From Eledone cirrhosa (Eukaryota), in NCBI GenBank assembly GCA_964016885.1, contig OZ024764.1:10354001-10418000 (forward strand): a stretch of DNA of 64,000 bases, given 5' to 3'. Below the pieces are notes generated by a model, which was not told the origin of the DNA, searched no databases, and saw nothing but the letters and a program-made list of their open reading frames with translations. Shown piece by piece: positions 13,408 through 26,370 of the stretch. A program made the position numbers and the translations under genes. Each line of letters begins with the position of its first letter. The first letter of the stretch is position 1.

Positions 13408-13917
13408 TGTTTCTACTTTAGGCACAAGGCCAGCAATTACCCAGTAAATTACTGGTACTTTATTTTATCGACCCCGTAAGGACGAAAGGCAAAGTTAACC
13501 TAATAATAATAATAATAATAGGGGTGTAAGACAATGAGACAAAGAATGCTGCCCGAGCTCAACCATTTACTGCCAATAGGGGTGTAAGACTATAACATAA
13601 AGAAAGTTGCCTGATGCTCTGCCGGTTACTGCCAATAGGGGTGTAAGACTATAACATAAAGAAAGTTGCCTGATGCTCTGCCGGTTACTGCCAATCCATC
13701 ACAACTTGTTTCGAAGAAAAAAAACAAAGCATAGATTCGATAGTAATACAGGAAATATTGGAAGATATATATTGATCGGCTTAGCTGGATGTCAGCCAGT
13801 AGCCAGTACGAAGGTCTGACTGGACATGTTTCAATAGATTCTGCCAAAAATAGCTGATCATGTCAGGCTTTGGAACCACATGACATTCCTCTATATTTAA
13901 CTCTCTTGCGGCTTAAT

Positions 13918-14627
13918 AGAGACATTAGACTGTGGCCATGCTGGAGCACTGCCTTAGGTCATTAGACTGCAGCACTGCGTACAGACATTAGACTGTGGCC
14001 ATGCTGGATCACTGCCTTAGGTCATTAAACTGCAGTACTGCGTAGTCATGAGATTGTGGCCATGCTGGAGCACTGCCTTCAGACATTAGGCTGTGGCCAT
14101 GCTGGAGCACTGCCTTATTTTACTAGTTTGAGTCATTAGACTGTAGCCATGCTGGAGCACTGCCTTATTTTACTAGTTTCAGTCATTAGACTGTGGCCAT
14201 GCTGGAGCACTGGCTTCAGTCATCAGACTGTGGCCATGCTGCAGCACTGCCTTCAGCCATTAGATTGTGGCCATGCTGGGACACTGCCTTAGGTCATTAG
14301 ACTGCAGTCATACTGGAGCACTGCGTACAGTCATTAGACTGTGGCCATACTACAAGCCTGTCTAAGTTCATTAGACTGTAGCCATACTGGAGCACTGCCT
14401 TAGGTCATTAGACTGTGGCCATGCTGGGGCACTGCCTTTTCTTACTGGTTTCAGTCACAAGACTGCAGCCAAGCTGGGCACTGACTTCAGCCATTAGACT
14501 GCAGCCATGCTGGGGCACTGCGTACAGTCATTAGACTGTGGCCATGCTGGAGTACTGGTTTCAGTCATTAGACTATGGCCATGCTGGAGTACTGGTTTCA
14601 GTCATTAGACTGTGGCCATGCTGGGGT
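13918..14627 (-). repeat. Degenerate minisatellite of the 'cagtgccccagcatggccacagtctaatgac' family
   Basis: Reverse complement of the units in 21120-23935 and 48880-52970. Confidence 0.85.
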
Positions 14628-14817
14628 TGACAATGTGTTCTTTCTTTGCTTGTTTTAGAGACATTAGTCTGTGGCCATAGTGACAAGAAGCTAGATTGCT
14701 CAAGAAATGCTATACATCATAACGGCGTCCCTAGGATTCCAATAAGAGTTAAGGGCACATGGCAAAGCCTGGTCCTTTTGAAAGAAAATTAAATTTTATA
14801 GGGGGACAGCAACTTAC

Positions 14818-14855
14818 CTGGTAGTTCCCCAGATTGTATATCAGATGTGCAACTC
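14818..14855 (-). CDS. PRODH: Proline dehydrogenase coding exon 3 (38-nt micro-exon)
   Basis: Pyrimidine tract plus cctag acceptor and GTAAGT donor. Encodes (M)SCTSDIQSGELP. It converts phase 2 to phase 1, exactly as needed to join exons 2 and 4. Confidence 0.88.
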
Positions 14856-15017
14856 CTAGGAAAGACAAAACAAAACATGGTGAATCATCATAATTATCAC
14901 CACCATCCCTTAACATCCATGTTTGTTGAAAAATAATGGACGGGCAGGCATCTATACATATTAAAGACTCACGTTAAGCCCCTATATACACACAACACAT
15001 ATATATGAGTATATATA

Positions 15018-15865
15018 CAGGGTGTGGACGATATTTGTTTGCAATGTTCAACTGCTAATTTTATGCAAATTTTTTTTACTTCCGTTGTCACTCTTGTCTT
15101 CGTAAAAACAGTGACTATATTTCCATTATTTATTTTCAGAATAATTGATTATGAATAATTTTGAACCTCCAAATTTGTGGAAGAGACACGGAGGACAAAT
15201 AAGACCAGAAGATCAACTCCCAGAAAAACAAGTGGCTCGCTGTCTCATCCAAAGACGTGCCCAGAGTCATGTAGACAAAGTTTCCAACAACAACATTGGT
15301 CTTAGGTGTCGTCATGCCACCTCACTTCTTCCCTGAGGGCCTCAAGCTGAACACCGATGGCTACATCCGCATTCTGAGCGAGGTAGTAAAGCCCTGGATC
15401 GACCAGGTAGCTGCAGATAGGCCGTACGTGTGGCAGCAACACTCAGCGCCCTGCCATACCAGCCGAAAGACCCAAGCCTGGCTGTCAGAGAACTTCGTCG
15501 ACCACATTTCACCTGACATCTGGCCTCCCAGCTCGCCTGACTGCAACCCCCTCGACTTCTTTGTGTGGGGCGCAGTGGAACGAGACACCAACAGATCTAG
15601 CTGCAATACGAAAGACGATTTGAAGGCCAGGATCACAAGTACCTTAGGGGCCTAAGTCGGGGGACAGTGACGAAGGCCTGTAGCCGGTTCTGAGGCCGCC
15701 TTGAGGCCGTCATCAAAGCCAATGGCGGGTTTATCAAGTGAGATCGAAAGAACAAGCCATGAAGACAAACTGACCCAAGTTTGATAAATAAATCTTAAAA
15801 AATAAAACTACTGTGTTAATTTTTCCTAGACAGTAATCTTGCGAACAGATATCGTCCGCACCCTG
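15018..15865 (+). mobile_element. Internally deleted Tc1/mariner transposon, DD37D (maT-like)
   Basis: TIRs CAGGGTGTGGACGATATTTGTTTGCAA / TTGCGAACAGATATCGTCCGCACCCTG with TA flanks. Transposase remnant WQQHSAPCH...WPPSSPDCNPLDF has 37 residues between the mutated second D (now H) and the final D. Confidence 0.9.
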
Positions 15866-15929
15866 TATATACATACACAACACATACATAGGATATGTAT
15901 GAGTATATATATATACATACATTTATATA

Positions 15930-16690
15930 TCTGTATATATATAAAATTAAGTATGTGTGTGTATCTGTGTATTACCTATAGGGGCCTACATCTTACGATC
16001 AATTTTCATGAAACCTTACAGGCTCATAGATTAGTGATCGGGAAGTGTTTTCTATAAATCAGTGTATTGTTTTTTTATTCCGGGGTCATTCTGCAGATAA
16101 AAATCGATAGGGGGGAGGGGTCACTTTTTTTAGGTACCGAAAAATAAGATTTTTGGCTCTAGCTCCCACATTTTTCCACCGATTTCGTTCAAATTTTAAA
16201 GCAAAATAGAATTTATCATTGCACATCCTGTAATAGCTTTATATTTTGCACTTGTTGCTCAGGGACGCCGTGGCAGCTGCTTAAATATAAAAAAATACCA
16301 CTTTTAGACTCAAATTTCCACTTTTTCGGCTCTAGCTCCCACATTAATCAACCAACTAGATCTGATTATTTCACATCTTAAAGTGGCTTTACATTTTAGA
16401 TTATTTGTTCAGGACGCCGTGGCAGCTGCTTAAATATTCGAAAATACCACCTTTTCGGCTCTAGCTCCCACATTTTTCAACCAATTTCGTTCAAATTCGA
16501 AAATGCCTCCCCCAGTATGCCCCTTCGTCAGTCACCCGCATCCCACAGTGATAGAAGTCATCACCACCCTCCCCCGCATGGCCTGTGTGTGGCCATAGAT
16601 GTCATCGAGTAGCAGTCGCTAAGATCAACAACTTTTCATCAAAGCAGATATTATTTTACCTACCCAGGCAATGCTGGGTACTGCTGCTAG
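15930..16690 (+). mobile_element. Non-autonomous Helitron
   Basis: A|TC start, 3' hairpin CCCAG-gcaatg-CTGGG followed by CTAG|T. Internal repeats of ggctctagctcccacatt. Confidence 0.7.
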
Positions 16691-16782
16691 TATATATATA
16701 TATATATATATACATACACACGTACACACGACACACATACATAGATATGTATAAGTATATATATATATATACATACATACAT

Positions 16783-16817
<35 letters not shown>

Positions 16818-17388
16818 TACATACACAGATATGTATGAGTATATATATATATACATACATATGATGCCCTGGGGATGACATTAAACTACATCCAGTGGCA
16901 AGGCTTCAGTTCGGGAGTTCAGGAGCTGTGGGGGAATGTGGAGTTACCCCTTAATTGTTATCATTCCCAGGTCTGCTCTGGCCCGGAGCAGTAGTACCTG
17001 TTAGGGCCCCATTTATAGGTTAAATAATTACCTTATTCGAGTGGCGCCAGTAAGGTATTGTCAGCCATTGAAAAGAACCGTGGAGAGTGTATTTAACAGC
17101 ACTAGTGTTAGAGCCCCTAACTACACTGTCAAGGAGCAGTCTGGTCATTATGACTGCTGGTTTAGAACCACAAGGAGGGCTAGTGGATGATGGATCAGTT
17201 GTCTCTGAGACAAATATAAGGATCTTGGGAATTTTACCCGCCCATTATATATATATATATATCGTCCCCTTTATTTACGTGTCCCAACGACTTTTTTTAG
17301 CCGTTGTTCGCACCAACCTGAGGTATATTGCCCTTAAAGCGATGAAACGCCTGGGACGGTTGGAGGGTCACTGATGAAGGACTTACTT

Positions 17389-17449
<61 letters not shown>

Positions 17450-17561
17450 ACACATAAAAAGATGTTTGTGTGTATATAAACGCACACAGACACACACACA
17501 CACACACACACAAAAACCACCACCACCACCACCACCACCAGCAACAACAACAACAACTTAC

Positions 17562-17770
17562 ATCATTTCAGCTTTCTTAGCCTCTTCAGATGATATATCC
17601 TTTTCAACGCTGTAGTCCAAGATAGACTTAACCCCATATTTCATATTCTTCTCAATTGTAGGTCTGATGTCATCCTGGTCTTCTCCGGCAACAAACTGAC
17701 CGTAAAATGTGGCCTTCATCAGTTTGGTGAACAGGGTTTTGCCCAGGATACGACGGAACCATTTCAGAAG
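17562..17770 (-). CDS. PRODH: Proline dehydrogenase coding exon 2
   Basis: tttcag acceptor. Encodes LLKWFRRILGKTLFTKLMKATFYGQFVAGEDQDDIRPTIEKNMKYGVKSILDYSVEKDISSEEAKKAEM (FYGQFVAGE and ILDYSVE motifs). GTAAGT donor; 209 nt, phase 0 to 2. Confidence 0.96.
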
Positions 17771-17799
17771 CTGAAATTGACCAATAAAATAATAATGAA

Positions 17800-18830
17800 A
17801 TTATTGTGTACAGTGCTCAGGTGCACTACAACTCATCAAAGGTGCATGTATAGTACATAGAATAATGTACAAATGTCAGGGAAGTGAACAGTGTATGAGT
17901 CATGATATACATGTGTGCGTGTGTATGGAGGGGGGATATCAGGTGTAGTGTTGGTGAATTTCAGGAAGCGTGGAGGTTTTAAAGGATGCAGTGTCTCAAC
18001 AGCTAACAACTGATGCAGGTAGTTTGTACCATGGAGGTTTTAAAGGATGCAGTGTCTCAACAGCTAACAACTGATGGAGGTAGTTTGTTCCATGGAGGTT
18101 TTAAAGGATGCTGTGTCTCGACAGCTAACAACTGATGGAGGTAGTTTGTTCCATGGAGGTTTTAAAGGATGCAGTGTCTCGGCAGCTAACAACTGATGCA
18201 GGTAGTTTGTTCCATGGAGGTTGTAAAGGATGCAGTGTCTTGGCAGCTAACAACTGATGCAGAGAGTTTGTTCCATGGAGGTTTTAAAGGATGCAGTGTC
18301 TCGACAGCTAACAACTGATGCAGGAAGTTTGTTCCATGGAGGTTTTAAAGGATGCAGTGTCTCAACAGCTAACAACTGATGCAGATAGTTTGTTCCATGC
18401 AGGTTTTAAAGGATGCAGTGTCTCGACAGCTAACAACTGATGCAGATAGTTTGTTCCATGGAGGTTTTAAAGGATGCAGTGTCTCGACAGCTAACAACTG
18501 ATGCAGGAAGTTTGTTCCATGGAGGTTTTAAAGGATGCAGTGTCTCAACAGCTAACAACTGATGGAGGTAGTTTGTTCCATGGAGGTTTTAAAGGATGCA
18601 GTGTCTCGACAGCTAACAACTGATGCAGGTAGTTTGATCCATGCTTCTGCAACTCTGAGTGTGAAAAAATGTTTCCGAAAGTCATGGGAGCTGTGCTGTT
18701 TTATGACTTTGTAGACATGTCTACGTGTGTTAGACACATGGAAATCAAAAAGATGCTCAGGGTTGTTGTTGGCAAGATGGTTAATAATTGTGTGGGTGTT
18801 TACCAAGTCAGTTGCCAGACGGCTGTTTAC
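17800..18830 (-). mobile_element. CR1/L2-type LINE 3' end containing a 60-bp tandem expansion (17970-18640)
   Basis: Translates HSSHDFRKHFFTLRVAEAWIKLPASVVSCRDTASFKTSM. The last ~20 codons are repeated about 11 times. Confidence 0.8.
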
Positions 18831-18906
18831 CAAGTCAGGTATTAGATTAAATAGGTTAACAGAAAAACTACAACACAAACAACATGGAAGGAAGTAACAA
18901 GGAAGA

Positions 18907-20245
18907 ACACATTAGATAATGTAGTCCTAGATACACTGTGACTGTATAAAAGACAGTACACATTAGATAATGTAGTCCTAGGTACACTGTGTCTGTATAT
19001 AAGACAGGACACATTAGATAATGTAGTCCTAAATACACTGTCTCAATATATACAGACACAGTGTACCTAGGATTACATTGTGTCCTGTTTATATACAGAC
19101 ACAGTGTATCTAGGACTACACTGTCTAATGTGTCCTGTCTTGTATACAGACACAGTGTATCTAGGACTACATTATCTAATGTGTCCTGTCTTGTATACAG
19201 ACACAGTCTATCTAGAAACTACATTATCTAATGTGTCCTGTCTTATATACAGACACAGTATACCTAGGACTACATTATCTAATGTGTCCTGTCTTATATA
19301 CAGACAGTCTATCTAGAACCACATTATCTAATGTGTCCTGTCTTATATACAGACACAGTGTATCTAGGACTACACTATCTAATGTGTCCTGTCTTGTATA
19401 CAGACAGTCTATCTAGGACTACACTATCTAATGTGTCCTGTCTTATATACAGACACAGTGTACCTAGGACTACATTATCTAATGTGTGCTGTCTTATATA
19501 CAGACACAGTGTACCTAGGACTACATTATCTAATGTGTGCTGTCTTATATACAGACACAGTGTATCTAGGACTACATTATCTAATGTGTGCTGTCTTATA
19601 TACAGACACAGTGTACCTAGGACTACATTATCTAATGTGTGCTGTCTTATATACAGACACAGTGTATCTAGGACTACATTATCTAATGTGTCCTGTCTTA
19701 TATACAGACACAGTGTACCTAGGACTACATTATCTAATGTGTCCTGTCTTATATACAGACACAGTGTATCTAGGACTACATTATCTAATGTGTCCTGTCT
19801 TATATACAGACACAGTGTATCTAGGACTACATTATCTAATGTGTCCTGTCTTATATACAGACACAGTGTACCTAGGACTACATTATCTAATATGTCATGT
19901 CTTATATACAGACACAGTATACCTAGGACTACATTATCTAATGTATCCTGTCTTATATACAGACACAGTGTACCTAGGACTACACTATCTAATGTGTCCT
20001 GTCTTATATACAGACAGTGTATCTAGGACTACATTATCTAATGTCTCCTGTCTTATATACAGACACAGTGTATCTAGGACTACATTATCTAATGTCTCCT
20101 GTCTTATATACAGACAGTGTATCTAGGACTACATTATCTAATGTGTCCTGTCTTATATACACACAGTGTATCTAGAACCACATTATCTAATGTGTCCTGT
20201 CTTATATACAGACACAGTGTACCTAGGACTACATTATCTAATGTC
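18907..20245. repeat. 51-bp minisatellite with an inverted block at 18907-19045
   Basis: Unit acacagtgtatctaggactacattatctaatgtgtcctgtcttatatacag. Same unit at 35930-36229, 36413-36680 and ~48845. Confidence 0.92.
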
Positions 20246-20501
20246 TTTTCTTGTAGACATATGCTCAAAGACCATCCTATCATATTCAGACATGATATAT
20301 TTATATCTAGGTTTCCTCCCAACATATTACTGTTATTTGAGGGAGGTTTGACTGCTGTTGCTAACATGTCTGGTAACTAATTAAATGATGACTCGTTAAC
20401 TAGAGTTGGAGGGGTGGAGTGGGGGTGGTGGGGTTGCCTGGATTGTAATTAATTTGGTGAAGTTAGTTTATTGGGCTTCTTCTCCCAAGTTGTTGTTTAT
20501 T

Positions 20502-21120
20502 AGTGGTATGAGTTACTATGACAACAGGGCTGGTGGTGGTGGTGCAGTGTAGCGGTGTAGTAGTGGTGGTGGTGTGGTGTAGTGGTGATGGTGCAGTGTA
20601 GCGGTGTAGTAGTGGTGGTGGTCTGGTGGCAGTATGGTGGTTGTGTGGTGTTGTAGTGGTGGTGTGGTGTTGTAGTGGTGTGGTGGTATGGGTGAGTGTA
20701 GGGGGGGGGGGTTAATGGTGGTGGTGTGGAGTAGTGGTGGTGGTAGTGTAGTGGTGATGTGGTGGCGATGGTAGTGTAGTGGTGGTGGTAGTGTAGTGGT
20801 GATGTGGTGGCGGTGGTAGTACTGGAGGTGGTGTTGTAGCGGTGGTTTTGTGATGGTGTTGTAGTGGTGGTGTTGTGGGTGGTAGTGGTGTAGTGTAGTG
20901 GTGTTGTAGTGGTAGTGTAATGGCGGTGGTGGTGTGGTGGTGTTAGTGTGGTGGTGTAGTGGTGGTACAGTTGGTATTGGAGGAGGTGTTGGAGCCATGG
21001 TGAGGTTTGTGGAAAGGTCCTGCAGTGTTGGAAGTGATGATCGTGGTGTTGTTGTTGGTAATAGTGTTGGTGTAGTTGTTCAGGTGGTGGTGGTTGTTGT
21101 GGTGGTTGTTGTGGTGGTTG
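20502..21120. repeat. (GGT/GTA/GTT)n low-complexity tract
   Basis: Directly visible. Confidence 0.85.
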
Positions 21121-23938
21121 AGTTGGCCACAGTCTAATAACTGGAACCAGTAAAAGAAGGCAGTGCCACAGTATGGCCACAGTCTAATAACTGAAACCAG
21201 TAAAAGGCAATGCCCCAGCATGGCCACAGTCTAATGACTGAAACCAGTAAAAGAAGGCAGTGCCCCAGCATGGCCACAGTCTAATGACTGAAACCAGTAA
21301 AAGTAGGCAGTGCCCCAGCATGGCCACAGTCTAATGACTGAAACCAGTAAAAGTAGGCAGTGCCCCAGCATGACCACAGTCTAATGACTGAAACCAGTAA
21401 AAGGCAATGCCCCAGCATGGCCACAGTCTAATAACTGAAACCAGTGCCCCAGCATGGCCACAGTCTAATGGCATTAAACCAGTGCTCCAGCATGGCCAGT
21501 CTAATGACATTAAACCAGTGCCCCAGCATGGCCAGTCTAATGACATTAAACCAGTGCTCCAGCATGGCCAGTCTAATGGCATTAAACCAGTGCCCCAGCA
21601 TGGCCAGTCTAATGACATTAAACCAGTGCCCCAGCATGGCCAGTCTAATGACATTAAACCAGTGCCCCAGCATGGCCAGTCTAATGACATTAAACCAGTG
21701 CTCCAGCATGGCCAGTCTAATGGCATTAAACCAGTGCCCCAGCATGGCCAGTCTAATGGCATTAGACCAGTGCCCCAGCATGGCCAGTCTAATGGCATTA
21801 AACCAGTGCCCCAGCATGGCCAGTCTAATACCATTAAACCAGTGCTCCAGCATGGCCAGTCTAATACCATTAAACCAGTGCTCCAGCATGGCCAGTCTAA
21901 TGGCATTAAACCAGTGCCCCAGCATGGCCAGTCTAATGACATTAAACCAGTGCCCCAGCATGGCCAGTCTAATGACATTAAACCAGTGCCCCAGCATGGC
22001 CACAGTCTAATGACATTAAACCAGTGCCCCAGCATGGCCAGTCTAATGACATTAAACCAGTGCCCCAGCATGGCCAGTCTAATGACATTAAACCAGTGCT
22101 CCAGCATGGCCAGTCTAATACCATTAAACCAGTGCTCCAGCATGGCCAGTCTAATACCATTAAACCAGTGCCCCAGCATGGCCAGTCTAATGGCATTAAA
22201 CCAGTGCTCCAGCATGGCCAGTCTAATGACATTAAACCAGTGCCCCAGCATGGCCAGTCTAATGACATTAAACCAGTGCCCCAGCATGGCCAGTCTAATG
22301 ACATTAAACCAGTGCCCCAGCATGGCCACAGTCTAATGACATTAAACCAGTGCCCCAGCATGGCCACAGTCTAATGACATTAAACCAGTGCCCCAGCATG
22401 GCCACAGTCTAATGACATTAAACCAGTGCCCCAGCATGGCCACAGTCTAATGACATTAAACCAGTGCTCCAGCATGGCCAGTCTAATGACATTAAACCAG
22501 TGCTCCAGCATGGCCACAGTCTAACACCATTAAACCAGTGCTCCAGCATGGCCAGTCTAATGACATTAAACCAGTGCCCCAGCATGGCCAGTCTAATGAC
22601 ATTAAACCAGTGCCCCAGCATGGCCAGTCTAATGACATTAAACCAGTGCCCCAGCATGGCCAGTCTAATGACATTAAACCAGTGCCCCAGCATGGCCAGT
22701 CTAATGACATTAAACCAGTGCTCCAGCATGGCCAGTCTAATGACATTAAACCAGTGCCCCAGCATGGCCAGTCTAATGACATTAAACCAGTGCTCCAGCA
22801 TGGCCACAGTCTAATGACATTAAACCAGTGCTCCAGCATGGCCACAGTCTAATGACATTAAACCAGTGCTCCAGCATGGCCACAGTCTAATGACATTAAA
22901 CCAGTGCCCCAGCATGGCCAGTCTAATGACATTAAACCAGTGCCCCAGCATGGCCAGTCTAATGACATTAAACCAGTGCCCCAGCATGGCCAGTCTAATG
23001 ACATTAAACCAGTGCCCCAGCATGGCCAGTCTAATGACATTAAACCAGTGCTCCAGCATGGCCACAGTCTAATGACATTAAACCAGTGCTCCAGCATGGC
23101 CACAGTCTAATGACATTAAACCAGTGCCCCAGCATGGCCAGTCTAATGACATTAAACCAGTGCTCCAGCATGGCCACAGTCTAATGACATTAAACCAGTG
23201 CTCCAGCATGGCCACAGTCTAATGACATTAAACCAGTGCCCCAGCATGGCCAGTCTAATGACATTAAACCAGTGCTCCAGCATGGCCACAGTCTAATGAC
23301 ATTAAACCAGTGCTCCAGCATGGCCACAGTCTAATGACATTAAACCAGTGCTCCAGCATGGCCACAGTCTAATGACATTAAACCAGTGCTCCAGCATGGC
23401 CACAGTCTAATGACATTAAACCAGTGCTCCAGCATGGCCACAGTCTAATGACATTAAACCAGTGCTCCAGCATGGCCACAGTCTATGACATTAAACCAGT
23501 GCCCCAGCATGGCCACAGTCTAATGACATTAAACCAGTGCTCCAGCATGGCCACAGTCTAATGACATTAAACCAGTGCCCCAGCATGGCCAGTCTAATGA
23601 CATTAAACCAGTGCTCCAGCATGGCCACAGTCTAATGACATTAAACCAGTGCTCCAGCATGGCCACAGTCTAATGACATTAAACCAGTGCTCCAGCATGG
23701 CCACAGTCTAATGACATTAAACCAGTGCCCCAGCATGGCCAGTCTAATGACATTAAACCAGTGCCCCAGCATGGCCACAGTCTAATGACATTAAACCAGT
23801 GCTCCAGCATGGCCACAGTCTAATGACATTAAACCAGTGCCCCAGCATGGCCAGTCTAATGACATTAAACCAGTGCTCCAGCATGGCCACAGTCTAATGA
23901 CATTAAACCAGTGCCCCAGCATGGCCAGTCTAAACCAG
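21121..23938 (+). repeat. 36/38-bp minisatellite
   Basis: Units ccagtgccccagcatggcca(ca)gtctaatgacattaaa. Longer progenitor-like units at 21121-21440. Confidence 0.95.
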
Positions 23939-23994
23939 TATAAGGTTGTTACTCTATAGCCTTGAACTGTCAACCTGTCCAATACAGAGTGTTA

Positions 23995-24178
23995 TATACA
24001 CACATATGTGTGTGTATATATGTATGTGTGTATAAATATATATATGTATGTATGTGTGTATGTATATATGTATGCATGCGAGTATGTATGTATGTATGTA
24101 TGTATGCATGCATGTATGTATGTATGTATGTATGTATGTATGTATGCATGTATGTATGTATGTATGTATGTATGTATG

Positions 24179-24212
<34 letters not shown>

Positions 24213-26127
24213 TGTATGTATGTATGTATGCGTGTATGAATGTATGTATATGCATATGTGTATATATGTATGTGTATATATATGTATGTATGTGTGTATA
24301 TATGTATGTGTGTATAAATATATGTATGTATGTGTGTATGTATATATGTATGCATGCGAGTATGTATGTATGTATGTATGTATGTATGTATGTATGTATG
24401 TATGCGTGTATGAATGTATGTATATGCATATGTGTATGTATGTGTATATATATATATATGTATGTATGTGTATATATATGTATGTATGTGTGTATATATG
24501 TATGTGTGTATAAATATATATATGTATGTATGTGTGTATGTATATATGTATGCATGCGAGTATGTATGTATGTATGTATGTATGTATGCGTGTATGAATG
24601 TATATATATGTATATGTGTATATATGTCAGGTCACCAGTTGGTGCTACTGGTAACATGTATCCCAGTACAACCTGTCTCATGGTCGGGTCGTTGGCGACT
24701 AAACTGGCAACCCCACCAAGGTTTCTTGGTGAGGAGGGTGACTTTGGACATCCTGCAGGACTAAAAACAAAACCTGTCAAAGGGCAAGGGAGCTCTTAAG
24801 ACTCAATAGCCATCCAAAATCACCGGGAGAGATGACCCCTTAGCCTTTGTCAAGGCAGAATTCTAGGAGAAGGAAAACTCTGATATAACACCTGCAACCC
24901 TGATGGTATCCAATGATGTTGACTTGTTCTTCTTTTTGGTAAATATCATCTTGGTTAAGAGAGTGGGACTGGCTTTGTGCAGTGCCTTTGCTCACTATAA
25001 AAGCTTCACAGCACAGGCATTGCTTTATATCTGGAGATCTCTCTGCACCTGTCGTCACATGGTACCATGGGCCCTGCACTATGTGTCAATAATGGTCACA
25101 AGTGTAGTGTTTGTACCAGAGTTTTCAAGTCGCTGGCTGGACTAAAAAGTCACATTCGTTCAGCGCATCGGTAGGGGTTCTCCTTCATGGATATAAAGTA
25201 GTGGCCGTACTCGAAAACGAGTTGGCAGCCACCAGGTGTATATATGTATGTGTATATATATGTATATATGTAAGTATGTGTATATATATGTATGTATGTG
25301 TGTATATATGTATGTGTATATATATATGTATGTGCGTATGTATGTATATATGTATGCATGCGAGTATGTATGTATGTATGTATGTATGTATGAATGTATA
25401 TATGTATGCATGTGTGTATATATGTATGTGTATATATGTATGCATGCGAGTATGTTTGCATGCATGTATGTATATATATATGTATATATGTATGCATGTG
25501 TGTATATATGTATGTATGTGTGTATGTATATATGTATGCATGCGAGTATGTATGTATGTATGTATGTATGTATGTATGCGAGTATGTATGCGTGTATGAA
25601 TGTATATATGTGTATATATGTATGTGTATATATATATATATGTATGTATGTGTATATATATGTATGTATGTGTCTATATATGTATGTATGTGTGTATATA
25701 TGTATGTGTATATATATATGTATGTGCGTATATATGTATATATGTATGCAGGCGAGTATGTATGTATGTATGAATGTATATATGTATGCATGTGTGTATA
25801 TATGTATGTGTATATATGTATGCATGCGAGTATGTTTGCATGCATGTATGTATATATGTATGTATATATGTATATATGTATGCATGTGTGTATATATGTA
25901 TGTATATATATATATGTATGTGTGTATGTATATATGTATGCATGCATGTGTGTATATATGTATGTGTGTGTATATATATATATGTATGTGTGTATGTATT
26001 TATATATGTATGCATGTATGTGTGTACGAATGTATATATATATATATATATATGTATAAATGTTTGTATGCATGTGTGTATGTATATGTATGGAGACATG
26101 AAGTATGTATGTATAAACGTATGCATG

Positions 26128-26219
<92 letters not shown>

Positions 26220-26313
26220 TTGTATGACTACTTGTATAAATGTATATATATATATATATGTTATACTTGGGGAGAGTCACATTGTTGTAATAATATTGTC
26301 AGAATTAATAACA

Positions 26314-26362
<49 letters not shown>

Positions 26363-26370
26363 ATATATAT
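23995..26370. repeat. (TATG)n/(TA)n microsatellite field, interrupted by 24626-25233
   Basis: Directly visible. Confidence 0.9.
24626..25233 (+). mobile_element. Copy 3 of the ~610-bp element
   Basis: Reverse complement of 2510-3117 with scattered substitutions; embedded in (TATG)n. Confidence 0.75.

Noticed and set aside
16862-17245. Possible HDV-like ribozyme or RTE 5'UTR
   Set aside because: It looks repeat-like, but I could not assemble the nested double pseudoknot; left unannotated.
20500-21227. His/Thr/Pro-rich 'mucin-like' ORFs
   Set aside because: Trinucleotide low-complexity tract in PRODH intron 1, with no splice or domain support.
21121-23938. Possible CRISPR array (36-38 bp periodicity; also 48872-52970)
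   Set aside because: Units are contiguous with no unique spacers, there are no cas genes, and the context is eukaryotic.
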